A program made the position numbers and the translations under genes. From Vicinamibacterales bacterium (GTDB taxonomy: Bacteria > Acidobacteriota > Vicinamibacteria > Vicinamibacterales > SCN-69-37), in contig DASZOV010000053.1 in assembly GCA_035550595.1 (NCBI GenBank), positions 3,607 to 67,606 on the forward strand: 64,000 nucleotides of DNA, written 5' to 3'. The notes beneath the pieces were generated by a model, which saw only the letters and a program-made list of their open reading frames with translations, had not been told where the DNA came from and searched no databases. Shown piece after piece: positions 8,524 through 17,180 of this stretch (position 1 is the stretch's first letter; each line of letters starts with the position of its first letter).

Positions 8524-9072
8524 CTAAAACGGTATGTCGTCAGACTCAGCCCACGACGTTTCGTGCGGCTGAATCTCGACCGACTTGCTTACCACGCGGA
8601 TCAACTCCCCGAGTTGTTTGTGCGCACGAAGTCGAACGTCTACGGGTGTCTCAAGAAGTGGCTTGTCTTCCAGTGGCTCGACCGGGCCGTTGAACGTCGG
8701 GCCGGCGATGGCCACACGTTCGCAGAGTTCGAGTTCGCCCCACTTACGCCGCTTCGTCCAAAGTAGTCGCCACCGATCAATGTTCTTTGGATCGGCGGTC
8801 CACTGGATCGCCTCTTCGTCCTGCCAGATTCGGCCCGAGTAGTTCTCAAGGACGTCGATCTCGCCCTCCAACTCGATGCCTTTGCCCGGCAGGTGGACCT
8901 CGGCGGGGATGCGAATACCTGACGACGTGAGGTACTGCTCGACCGACTTGATGTCGGCCGAGACGCCGTCAAGATTCGTGTAGTAGTTCTCGATGTTCGG
9001 ACCGGCCTCGTCAATGGCCGTCTGCAATGCGGGATCGGAGACCTTGGGTCTCACCGGAGTCGTGCGGGTCAT
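8524..9072 (-). CDS. hypothetical protein (182 aa), distant paralogue of 6919..7419
   Basis: ATG 9072 is preceded by AAGGAGA on the minus strand. ORF 8524..9117. Confidence 0.6.
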   Translation of the reverse strand: MTRTTPVRPKVSDPALQTAIDEAGPNIENYYTNLDGVSADIKSVEQYLTSSGIRIPAEVHLPGKGIELEGEIDVLENYSGRIWQDEEAIQWTADPKNIDRWRLLWTKRRKWGELELCERVAIAGPTFNGPVEPLEDKPLLETPVDVRLRAHKQLGELIRVVSKSVEIQPHETSWAESDDIPF

Positions 9073-9242
9073 GGAACGTTCTCCTTGCACGCGAAGCTTG
9101 CGCTTCGAGGGAATCAACCCTGCGTTGCCCCAATCAAGGGTTCAGGAGGCCCAAAGGCCGGGAACGTCCGATCAGTCAAGAGCGGAACATTCGGAGTCTA
9201 GCGTGGCGCGGCAGATTCGGTCAACCGGTGTGCCACTCGGCA

Positions 9243-9470
9243 TCAGCGACGCGATTTGAACGACGCGAAGAACTCGGCCAGCGACAACCCGAGCGCACCG
9301 GCCAACTGCGCCACGACGAACAGCGACACGCCGGGTTCGCCTCGCTCGATCCGGCCCACGTAGTTCCGGTGCAGTTCGGCCTTTTCGGCCAGCTTCTCCT
9401 GCGACAAGCCCTTCTCGCGTCGCAGGTCGCGGACGCGGCGTCCGAGGGACTTGAACAGGTCGTCCGGCAC
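9243..9470 (-). CDS. XRE-family helix-turn-helix transcriptional regulator
   Basis: LRREKGLSQEKLAEKAELHRNYVGRIERGE is a classic HTH_3 motif. 75 aa. Confidence 0.85.
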   Translation of the reverse strand: MPDDLFKSLGRRVRDLRREKGLSQEKLAEKAELHRNYVGRIERGEPGVSLFVVAQLAGALGLSLAEFFASFKSRR

Positions 9471-9506
9471 GCGGCCATCGTCCGCGCCTGACCACCATAG
9501 GTCTAC

Positions 9507-9518
9507 ACACTATAGTGT
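9507..9518. promoter_or_regulatory. perfect 12-bp palindrome ACACTATAGTGT (candidate operator overlapping a TATAGT -10-like hexamer)
   Basis: Lies in the divergent gap between the XRE gene (9470) and 9559..9957. Confidence 0.4.
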
Positions 9519-9558
9519 TCTGACGCAAGGCCGATATCCCCCACAGGAGGGATTGGCC

Positions 9559-9957
9559 GTGGCGCCCGATTGGAACAAACGGATCAACATCGACAAGGCA
9601 TTGGGTCGCATCGTGATCGGCCTCGTCGTGGTGGGTGGGGCCATCGCTTGGCTGCGGAGTCAGCCGTCCCAGCCGGCCCAACCTGCCTACGACGCATCGG
9701 CAGTCATCGCGTGCCGCGATTTCCGATCCGCGCTCAAGGACACGCTGGACGGCACCCTCACGAACGCAGAGTTGCGTCAGCGCGTCCAGAAGGTTCACGA
9801 TAACGCCCGGCTGGCCGATTCCAAGGTCGCGCCCGGCGTTGCCGACGGTGCTCGTCTGTTGCTCGCAGCCACGACGAGCGGGAACCGAGACGAGCAAGCG
9901 CGGGCCATCGATCTCATGCGGCAGGCATGCAGCCAGCCAGGAGCGAATCGGCCGTAG
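9559..9957 (+). CDS. membrane-anchored hypothetical protein
   Basis: GTG 9559 is preceded by CACAGGAGGG. TM segment ALGRIVIGLVVVGGAIAWL. In frame with ORF 9451..9957. Confidence 0.45.
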   Translation: MAPDWNKRINIDKALGRIVIGLVVVGGAIAWLRSQPSQPAQPAYDASAVIACRDFRSALKDTLDGTLTNAELRQRVQKVHDNARLADSKVAPGVADGARLLLAATTSGNRDEQARAIDLMRQACSQPGANRP

Positions 9958-9968
9958 AGGGAACGGAC

Positions 9969-10142
9969 ATGGCGCGAACGGTGAAGCTCAAGAAGACGGT
10001 GGTCAAGCGAGGTCTGCATCTGCCGACCGGCAAGGGCTGGCGGCTGCTGCGGCCGGGTCAGACACGCGGGTTCAAGGCATCGCTGCTGAAGCAGTTTCGC
10101 GCCGGAGACGTGCGTCTCGCCATCTTCCGAATCGTGGAATAG
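9969..10142 (+). CDS. small basic hypothetical protein (57 aa)
   Basis: ATG 9969 within ORF 9927..10142, preceded by GAGGGAACGGAC. Confidence 0.35.
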   Translation: MARTVKLKKTVVKRGLHLPTGKGWRLLRPGQTRGFKASLLKQFRAGDVRLAIFRIVE

Positions 10143-10223
10143 CGGCCTCAGAACGGCCCGCGAGCGCGTTTTCTCGCGTATTTGCCGTAGCGTTTTCGGT
10201 ACGGTCGGCGTATAGTAGCCGTA

Positions 10224-10246
10224 GCCGCCGGGCTGGTTCCGGCGGC
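10224..10246 (+). other. hairpin GCCGCCGG-GCTGGTT-CCGGCGGC
   Basis: Perfect 8-bp stem in the 324-nt non-coding gap, followed by CGGGTCTTTAC. Confidence 0.4.
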
Positions 10247-10385
10247 CGGGTCTTTACGACCGAGTGCGTTCTCTACGTCCCTGACCACCCCGCACAACAG
10301 TGCGGCCGAAATTGGGTGCCTCTCACGAGGCGCTAGGGGTCACACGGTGCTGCTAGCAGGAGAACGGATTCACCGATAGCCGGGC

Positions 10386-10440
10386 AGGGCGTCGGTCAGA
10401 AGTGATTCATCACTTTTGGCCGACGCCCTTCTTCTTTGTA
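10386..10440 (+). terminator. strong rho-independent-type terminator
   Basis: 20-bp stem (two G.U pairs): AGGGCGTCGGTCAGAAGTGA-TTCA-TCACTTTTGGCCGACGCCCT, followed by TCTTCTTTGT. Confidence 0.55.
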
Positions 10441-10466
10441 CGGGCGTCGGCATTGGAGCGATTCCG

Positions 10467-10718
10467 GTGCTGCGCCTTCGACATGAACGCCTGATTCGTG
10501 GCTGGACCCAGACCGATCTGGGTCAGCTCACCGACATCACTCAGCCGACCCTCTCGGCGATTGAGCGCGGCGAACTCGCACCCACCGACGAACAACTCGA
10601 CCGGCTGGCTCGCACCCTCGGTGTCGAGTCCGGCTTCGACCTGCTGCTGCCCGTCGTCGCGGCGAACACTCCCACGTCCGCCGCAGTTTCACCAACCCCA
10701 ATGGAGGCCAAGTCATGA
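10467..10718 (+). CDS. XRE-family helix-turn-helix regulator (Cro-like position)
   Basis: LIRGWTQTDLGQLTDITQPTLSAIERGE. GTG 10467 with GGAG 8 nt upstream is preferred, because ATG 10416 lies inside the terminator stem. Confidence 0.7.
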   Translation: MLRLRHERLIRGWTQTDLGQLTDITQPTLSAIERGELAPTDEQLDRLARTLGVESGFDLLLPVVAANTPTSAAVSPTPMEAKS

Positions 10719-11461
10719 GTGTACGAAGAAAGAAGACCAGGAGCCGCAAGGCGAACGACAAGACCACGAAGGCGCGGACCGGTCGCTACAGTTGGCCGGA
10801 GAAGGAACTCTGGAACGCGATCGTGACTCTCGGCAGGGAGGACTCACGACACCTGTGGATCACAGGACACATTCGCGAAGTGCAAGGTCACGGCGTATGC
10901 CTCTCTCCCTGGATACAGCCGTGGTATGCCCAATTCATCCAACGCTTCCACCGTGAGCACGGCGGCCGGAGATTCGGCGAGGCAGATCTCCGCAATTGGC
11001 TGACGCAACTCAAGAATCCAGATGAGATCTCAGAGGCCCAGAACATCGCAAAGCCGCTCTGTCTGATGGACGGGTGGAACGACTCCGAGGCAATCGAAAT
11101 CAACAGAAGCCTCATCAACGGTCTCGTGTTGGAGTCGTCGCTCGCGTCGAAGGTGTGCGCGGTCGTTCTTCCTGATATGGCGTTGTTCACCGGCGCCAAA
11201 GCTGCTCTCGCATTCATCTACAAGCGATGGCACGACGACAACGATCGGCGAACGCGGTTCCTCTTTCATGTGGTGGACGACTGCATCACCAACATGGACG
11301 AACACAAGCTTGTCGTGGAAGACCGTGACGGACGACAAGTCCTGACCGACGACGTCACGTTCTTCGATCTGCCCAAGAAAGACGCCGAGTGGATCAACGC
11401 CGACCGGCTCGACGACAGGCTCAGTGTCGGGCATCTGTTGCACGAGGACACTCATGCGTAG
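10715..11461 (+). CDS. hypothetical protein (248 aa)
   Basis: ATGA overlap with the XRE gene. Moderate-GC ORF. No family recognised. Confidence 0.6.
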   Translation: MSVRRKKTRSRKANDKTTKARTGRYSWPEKELWNAIVTLGREDSRHLWITGHIREVQGHGVCLSPWIQPWYAQFIQRFHREHGGRRFGEADLRNWLTQLKNPDEISEAQNIAKPLCLMDGWNDSEAIEINRSLINGLVLESSLASKVCAVVLPDMALFTGAKAALAFIYKRWHDDNDRRTRFLFHVVDDCITNMDEHKLVVEDRDGRQVLTDDVTFFDLPKKDAEWINADRLDDRLSVGHLLHEDTHA

Positions 11462-11521
11462 CGCTCATCTCAGGAGAGGACGGGCCTCGTGCCCGTCCTC
11501 GTCTCGCGTCGTGGAGGACTG

Positions 11522-11848
11522 ATGTCGGGTGCTCGCTGGATTCCCGGCGGTCTGGGCGGGGACCCCAAGTCCCCGCGCAGCATCCACATGATCGAGAGCC
11601 ATCTCTCAGGGTGCTTCCACGACGGCAAGCCCATCGTCCGCATCGGCGCGTTCGTCCCCGACGACGGCACCGAGGGCGACGTGCTCGCGCGTGTCGAGTA
11701 TCAGCGTCGGTGGAGCATCCGCGCGGTCAAGGCCGTCATCTTCTACGGCCTGTGCCGCTCCTGCGAATCGCGGCCCGATTGCGCGGACCGCATGGAGCAG
11801 GCGTGGATCGCCGAGGTGCGGAACCGGCCGGTGGGAGGTGTCCAGTGA
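11522..11848 (+). CDS. hypothetical protein (108 aa)
   Basis: ATG 11522 follows GGAGG. The stop overlaps the primase start (TGATG). Confidence 0.5.
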   Translation: MSGARWIPGGLGGDPKSPRSIHMIESHLSGCFHDGKPIVRIGAFVPDDGTEGDVLARVEYQRRWSIRAVKAVIFYGLCRSCESRPDCADRMEQAWIAEVRNRPVGGVQ

Positions 11849-14139
11849 TGCATCCCGCCGAGCAGTTCTTCCGCTCGCTCTACGAGGGGCAGACGGGCTT
11901 CATCGAATTGCGGACGTTCGCTCCCGACACCGACGCGAACCGCCGCGCCGTTGCCAATCGCATCCGCGATTTCGTGCCCGTCACCGAGGGCCAGTTCGAC
12001 TTCGGTCGCGTGTCGGTGTTCCTGCGCGAGTGCGAGCGATACGAGTTGGGGGCGTTCTTCGGTGTGGCTCTGCGCTCGCAGCGCGGCGCGGACGAACGCG
12101 AAGGCACCGGCGAGCACTGTCAGGTGCTCACGGCCATCTTCGTGGACGCCGACTTCAAGCACCTCGGCGAAGACGAAACGCGGCGTCGGTTAGAATCGCT
12201 CGGGCTGCCGTCGTCGCTGTTGGTGCGGTCCGGCGGTGGTCTGCATCCCTATTGGTTGCTCCGCGTCCCCATCTACCTCCAGATGCCGGGCGAGATGGCT
12301 CGGGCCAAGAAGCTGCTGCGCGATTTCGCCCGTGCGCTCGCCGGCGTCGTGGACGAGAGCGTGTCGGAACCGGCGCGGGTGCTCCGGATTCCCGGCAGCA
12401 AGAACTTCAAGTCGGAATACGGCACGCCGCGGACCGTAGAACTCGAGTCGGCCTCCGGCTCACGCTACGCAGTTGAGGACATCGCCGCCAAGGTCGGCGC
12501 GAGCACCAGCACGGACCAGGGCGAATCGTCGCACTCGTCATTCTCAGTCCCGGACGCCGTTGCCAAGGGTGACCGGCACGACACGATGTTCCGGTCGCTT
12601 CGCAGCCTCAAACTCAAGGGGTTCGGCCTCGAATCGGTTCTGGCTGCTTGCCATAAAGAGAACGAGGCGAAGTGTCATCCACCCATTCCCTTCGGGGAAT
12701 TGGATGCCTACCTGCGCCGATGCTGGGAGCAGAAGGACCGGCCGGGCTTGCGCCCCAGCCCTTACGACAAACCAGACCAGATTCCGCCCACGGACACCGG
12801 CAATGCCGAGTTCTTCGCGTCGGTGGCCGGCGACCTCATCCGTTTCGACCACGGCCGCCGTGAGTGGTTCGTGTTCGACACGCATCACTGGCTGCGCGAC
12901 CGCACCGAACACGTGGACCGGCTTGCGTTGGATGCCATTCGCGAACGACAGCGGCTCGCGCTCGAGATTACCGACGACGCCGACAAGAAGAAGCACGTGC
13001 GGTTTGCGCTCGACAGCGAATCGCGCGCCCGCCGGGACAACCTTGTCCGGCTCGCTCGCAAGATTGAACGGATTGCCATCACGGGCGACGAGTGGGACAC
13101 GAACCCGTGGATGCTCGGCGTGCAGAACGGCGTCGTGGACCTTCAATCCGGTCGGCTGCGTGCCGGCGAAGCCACCGACTTCATCACGAAGGTCGCGCCG
13201 GTCGCCTTCGACCCGACCGCGCGGTGTCCTCGGTGGGACCGATTCATGGAGGAGGTCTTTCCCGGCCGCCCGGAACTCGGCGACTACCTCCAGCGTGTCT
13301 TCGGCTACGCGCTCACCGGCATCACGTCGGAACAGGTGTTCTGGATTCTCTACGGCGAAGGCGCGAACGGCAAAAGCACGATGGTTGAGGCGCTGATGCG
13401 CGATGTGCTCGGCAGCGCGTATGCGTGGACCATGCCGTTTCCCACGGCAACGTGGTCCGACTCGATGACCGAATATCAGCGAGCCAGCCTCGTTGGACAG
13501 CGGCTCGTCCGGGCCAGTGAAGTCTCACGCCGCGAGCATCTCAACGAAAAGCTCATCAAGTCGCTCACGGGTGGCGAAGAAGTCAACGCGCGACATCCCT
13601 ACGGCAAGCCGTTTCAGTTCACGCCAGTCGCCAAGATTGTGCTGCTCGTCAACGACAAGCCGGTCATCTCGGACCCGTCGCACGGCATGTGGCGTCGGGT
13701 GAAGCTCGTGCCTTTCCTGCGGAAGTTCGAGGGAGCCGAAGTGGATACCTCGCTCACCGACACGCTGACAGCGGAAGCCGAAGGGATTCTCGCGTGGGCC
13801 GTGCGCGGTTGTCTCGATTGGCAGCGCGACGGGCTGCGGCACCCGGACATCGTGCAGTCGGAGACGGCGAAGTATCAGAACGAGAGTGACGTGCTCAGCG
13901 AGTTCATCGCGGAGCGGTGCGTCGAGGGGCCGGACGCGAAGGTTGGCGCGCAAGCCATCTTCGACGAATACCGACGATGGTGCGACGACCGCCGTTTGGC
14001 GGATGCGGACCGGCTCAGCCAGAAGGGATTTGGCGTGCGTCTGCGCCAGCGATACACGGCCGTCGATGGGCGGACCGTCACATACCGGGGCGTCGGGTTG
14101 AAATCACCTGATTTTGCCCAAAGGCGGGATGAGTTGTGA
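11848..14139 (+). CDS. bifunctional primase-polymerase / D5-N / P4-type SF3 helicase
   Basis: AEP motifs FVDADF, SGGGLHPYWLL and RIPGSKNFK. PriCT-like GDRHDTMFRSLRSLKLKG. Walker A YGEGANGKST. The N-terminal 150 codons of ORF 11389..14139 were discarded. Confidence 0.9.
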   Translation: MHPAEQFFRSLYEGQTGFIELRTFAPDTDANRRAVANRIRDFVPVTEGQFDFGRVSVFLRECERYELGAFFGVALRSQRGADEREGTGEHCQVLTAIFVDADFKHLGEDETRRRLESLGLPSSLLVRSGGGLHPYWLLRVPIYLQMPGEMARAKKLLRDFARALAGVVDESVSEPARVLRIPGSKNFKSEYGTPRTVELESASGSRYAVEDIAAKVGASTSTDQGESSHSSFSVPDAVAKGDRHDTMFRSLRSLKLKGFGLESVLAACHKENEAKCHPPIPFGELDAYLRRCWEQKDRPGLRPSPYDKPDQIPPTDTGNAEFFASVAGDLIRFDHGRREWFVFDTHHWLRDRTEHVDRLALDAIRERQRLALEITDDADKKKHVRFALDSESRARRDNLVRLARKIERIAITGDEWDTNPWMLGVQNGVVDLQSGRLRAGEATDFITKVAPVAFDPTARCPRWDRFMEEVFPGRPELGDYLQRVFGYALTGITSEQVFWILYGEGANGKSTMVEALMRDVLGSAYAWTMPFPTATWSDSMTEYQRASLVGQRLVRASEVSRREHLNEKLIKSLTGGEEVNARHPYGKPFQFTPVAKIVLLVNDKPVISDPSHGMWRRVKLVPFLRKFEGAEVDTSLTDTLTAEAEGILAWAVRGCLDWQRDGLRHPDIVQSETAKYQNESDVLSEFIAERCVEGPDAKVGAQAIFDEYRRWCDDRRLADADRLSQKGFGVRLRQRYTAVDGRTVTYRGVGLKSPDFAQRRDEL

Positions 14140-14942
14140 TGCCCGCGCCCATAGCGCCCTTACCGGTAAAACCTTCCCGTGAGTCTCTTCCTAGGGAGAA
14201 GTTTACGGTTACGGGCGCTATGGGCGCTAACGAGGTAAACCCTATGGACGCTGGAAACGACGATTCTGGTGACAAGAGAAAACTGCGGTCAGAACACGAC
14301 GTCTTAGGCCGCACCGCGCGAGAAGCACTCGGTCTTCGGAACAGCGAGCGCCGTTGCACGGCGACATCCAAGACGACGGGAGAACGCTGCGGTCGTCCTC
14401 CAATCGTCGGCGGCACCGTCTGCAACCATCACGGCGGCAAGGCACCGCAGGTCATTCAGTCAGCTCGTCAGCGTCTCGCTGCTCTGGTGGACCCAGCCAT
14501 CGACACCTTGCTTCGCGTGCTCAATGCACCAGACGTCTGCGAGAAGTGCGGTCGCAGCGACGACATGAGCTTGATGCTCAAGGCCGCAAAGATTGTGCTC
14601 GACCGCACCGGCTACGGCCCGAAGCAATCCATCACGGTCCAGCACGAGTACTACGAGCCGCCCGCGTGGATCTCGTATCTCACGAAGGCGCAGTTCCATC
14701 AGGTCGGCATCTGGATTCGCGAGGCGAAGTACCGGGAGGAACACGGCATTCCGCCGGAGCGACCACTGCTCGCCGTCGTTGCCACCGACGCCGAGATTGT
14801 TTCCACCGACGAGAACAGCGAGCCGCCGCGCGAGGCGGAGCACGAACAGCAGCGCGACGCGACGAACGAGAGCACGCCGGAGAAGACGGCCACCACCGAC
14901 GAGCCGGAGCCACCACCGGAGGTAAGCGGCGGCCCGGCGTAG
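14136..14942 (+). CDS. hypothetical protein with a zinc-ribbon-like CxxxxxxxxC..C.HHGG motif
   Basis: RCTATSKTTGERCGRPPIVGGTVCNHHGGKAP. GTGATG overlaps the primase stop. Acidic, low-complexity C-terminus. The start is uncertain (14136, 14139 or later Met codons). Confidence 0.55.
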   Translation: MMPAPIAPLPVKPSRESLPREKFTVTGAMGANEVNPMDAGNDDSGDKRKLRSEHDVLGRTAREALGLRNSERRCTATSKTTGERCGRPPIVGGTVCNHHGGKAPQVIQSARQRLAALVDPAIDTLLRVLNAPDVCEKCGRSDDMSLMLKAAKIVLDRTGYGPKQSITVQHEYYEPPAWISYLTKAQFHQVGIWIREAKYREEHGIPPERPLLAVVATDAEIVSTDENSEPPREAEHEQQRDATNESTPEKTATTDEPEPPPEVSGGPA

Positions 14943-15078
14943 GCGCGGCCGGTTTTTCGCGGTCCAGGCGGGCCGCTGCGCTGCGTTCGGCGGACGGGCT
15001 AGGCGGTAGGTAGGGGCCGCTACGAGACGCCGCTACGGAGCGCCTGCCGGTCCGGCCCTAACCCGTTGGTGGCAGGAC

Positions 15079-15156
15079 GGTTACGGGCGGCCCGGTAGTC
15101 CTTGGGGTGGGTCCTCCACGGGAAGCAACCTTTACCGGCCCGCGCGGGCGGCCCGG
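15079..15156. repeat. YTACCGGGCGG-type motif copies
   Basis: GGTTACGGGCGGCCCGG at 15079-15095 and TTTACCGGCCCGCGCGGGCGGCCCGG at 15131-15156, in the 243-nt gap before 15186. Confidence 0.8.
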
Positions 15157-15185
15157 AAGCGACGAGGAGACGAGAGGAACGACGC

Positions 15186-15557
15186 ATGTCAGAAGACGAA
15201 CTGCCATACACGAAACGGTTCGGGCCGAATTACATCGAAGCCCTCGCGTGCATCGACACGCTCGTGCAGGACCTCGCGAAGATTCTGCGCCTCTACCACG
15301 CGCATCTGCCGAAGTCTCTCGTCGGCGAAGCCGACGACCTCGTCGCCATCATCACGACGCTCTTCAGTGCCATGACTCAGCGTGCCGTGGACATTCAGGA
15401 TGCGTGGAACGCCGTTCGCGACGACGAGGCCAACAGCACCGCACTCAACAAGTGGCTCGACCGAGTGTTCGCAGCGAACTTCAACTACGAGGGCAAGTCC
15501 GAACTCTATCGGCACTTTCTCAAGCGAATCATCCAGGAGGAGGAGGAAGACGCATGA
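15186..15557 (+). CDS. hypothetical protein (123 aa)
   Basis: ATG 15186 within ORF 15102..15557. ATGA coupling to the protease gene. Confidence 0.55.
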   Translation: MSEDELPYTKRFGPNYIEALACIDTLVQDLAKILRLYHAHLPKSLVGEADDLVAIITTLFSAMTQRAVDIQDAWNAVRDDEANSTALNKWLDRVFAANFNYEGKSELYRHFLKRIIQEEEEDA

Positions 15558-16228
15558 CCACCATCACCGACGCCAAGCGCAAGCGGTTCGACGTCATCGT
15601 TGGCCGCGCGGCGGGCACATCGTCCGACGCGCGGCTCACCATCACGACGCAGCACGAGGACCGCGAAGGCGACGTCCTCATCCCCGAGGGCGCCATCCTC
15701 GACGCGTATCGGGAAAACCCGATTGTGCTGTTCAGTCACGACCACTACAGCATCCCGGTCGGCCGCACCACGTCACTCGACGTGATTCCCGGTCGCGGCA
15801 TCCGCGCGGATTTCGTCTGGCTCAAGAACGACCCGGACGCAGACCGAGTGCGCAACGCCTTCGAGCAGGGCGTGCTCAATGCCGCGAGCGTCGGCTTCCG
15901 GCCACTCGCGTGGGACCCACTCGGCACCGGCGGCTATCGCTACACGAAGTGGGAACTGCTCGAGTGGTCCATCGTATCGGTGCCGGCCAATCCGCACGCG
16001 ACCCGGCTGGTCAAGTCGCTGAGCATCTACCACCCGGACGAATCAGTCGTCGCCGTGGAGTTCACTGACGACTCCGACGAAGAGGTCGCGGTCGAGTTCG
16101 TGGGCGAGGCCCCGGACCCGACGCCGGGCCACATCCTCGTGCCCGACATCAGCGCGAAGCAACTCACCCAGGCCATCACCGACGCGGTGGTCGAGGAAAT
16201 CCGCAAGGTCACGGGACAGGTGGACTAG
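15554..16228 (+). CDS. HK97-family prohead protease (peptidase S78/U35-like)
   Basis: PIVLFSHD, ASVGFRPL and WELLEWSIVSVPANP match the prohead protease signature. ATG 15554 within ORF 15107..16228. Confidence 0.8.
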   Translation: MTTITDAKRKRFDVIVGRAAGTSSDARLTITTQHEDREGDVLIPEGAILDAYRENPIVLFSHDHYSIPVGRTTSLDVIPGRGIRADFVWLKNDPDADRVRNAFEQGVLNAASVGFRPLAWDPLGTGGYRYTKWELLEWSIVSVPANPHATRLVKSLSIYHPDESVVAVEFTDDSDEEVAVEFVGEAPDPTPGHILVPDISAKQLTQAITDAVVEEIRKVTGQVD

Positions 16229-16237
16229 GAGCGCATC

Positions 16238-16969
16238 ATGGACATTCTTTCGCCGAAGAACTTCTCCGACCACACGAGCTACAAGCAGCACATCGCCGAG
16301 GTCAACGCCTTCAACCGACGCGAAGACGCCCGTCTCGCCGAGCACGAGGCATGGGAACGGGCCAATGCCGAATCGGAGGCGCAGGCCGAAGCCGAGCTGC
16401 CCACCACGTCTCGCTTCGACTGGCTCAATCTCAAGTCCATCGACGACCATCCACTCGTCGTCGCGGCCCGTGCTCGTCTCACCGACGCGAAGCGCACAGC
16501 CGAGAACGTGGCCGCGTCCATCAGCGACCTCCGAGCGGAACTCGCGCGTCTGGAAGAACTCGCCGCACGAGGACAACGCGACGACTCCGCACTCCGCGCC
16601 GCGCAGTCGCGCATCGACAACCTCGCGTCGGAGGTGCGCATTGCGGACGCCGGAGTTCACGTCGCCGAGCAGGAAGTCGCCGAGACGTGGCGGGCCGTCT
16701 CGTTCGCGGCGGGCGCGAATCTGCGTGCCATGCAGCTTCCGCTCGTCGAGGAGTTCGATGCCGCCCTCCAGCACGCACGGGCTCTCTCCCGACGCCTCGC
16801 CGACATCGAGAACGCGAGCAGTCGGCTCATCGTGCCGGGTCTCTACACGCCGAAGAATCGGCGGACCACACGACCGATTCGGCCGCTGGCGTGGCGCAAA
16901 GAGTTCGGACCCGGCGGGTTCTACGACTACTGGCGGAAGTGCGCGTTGCGCCGTCCGCCGAACGACTAG
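16238..16969 (+). CDS. coiled-coil hypothetical protein (243 aa)
   Basis: Long Ala/Glu/Arg-rich heptad-like stretches. It sits directly after the protease and is not capsid-like by eye. Confidence 0.6.
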   Translation: MDILSPKNFSDHTSYKQHIAEVNAFNRREDARLAEHEAWERANAESEAQAEAELPTTSRFDWLNLKSIDDHPLVVAARARLTDAKRTAENVAASISDLRAELARLEELAARGQRDDSALRAAQSRIDNLASEVRIADAGVHVAEQEVAETWRAVSFAAGANLRAMQLPLVEEFDAALQHARALSRRLADIENASSRLIVPGLYTPKNRRTTRPIRPLAWRKEFGPGGFYDYWRKCALRRPPND

Positions 16970-17180
16970 CCGGTGCGGGTCATCCCTCGGGTCGCCGGAC
17001 CGCGGCCTCAACTCCGACTCGGCCGCATCGGCTCGCCATCAGAACCGGGTCGGAGACGGTCCACTCATTCATCCGCTCTCACCGACGCAACACGGGAGCG
17101 AGGAGCACGGGAAAGACACGGCACCACCGAACGCTCGTCGTGCCCGGACCAACGAGCGGCCCGGCCGCGCCGAGCGTTCG

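Noticed and set aside
9172-9897. 241-aa minus-strand ORF spanning the XRE gene and its divergent neighbour
   Set aside because: It overlaps the clear HTH gene in another frame and crosses the operator/promoter gap. The composition is Arg-rich and shadow-like.
11389-11847. N-terminal 153 codons of the 916-aa ORF as part of the primase
   Set aside because: This segment is Arg/Pro-rich low complexity. It overlaps the better-supported 11522..11848 gene in another frame. The primase-polymerase homology begins at the ATG 11848, which overlaps that gene's stop (TGATG).
16238-16969. Calling the coiled-coil protein after the island protease a major capsid or scaffold protein
   Set aside because: Its position is suggestive, but the sequence shows only Ala/Glu/Arg coiled coil and no HK97-fold landmarks I can recognise. 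It is left as hypothetical and raised only as a hypothesis in the findings.
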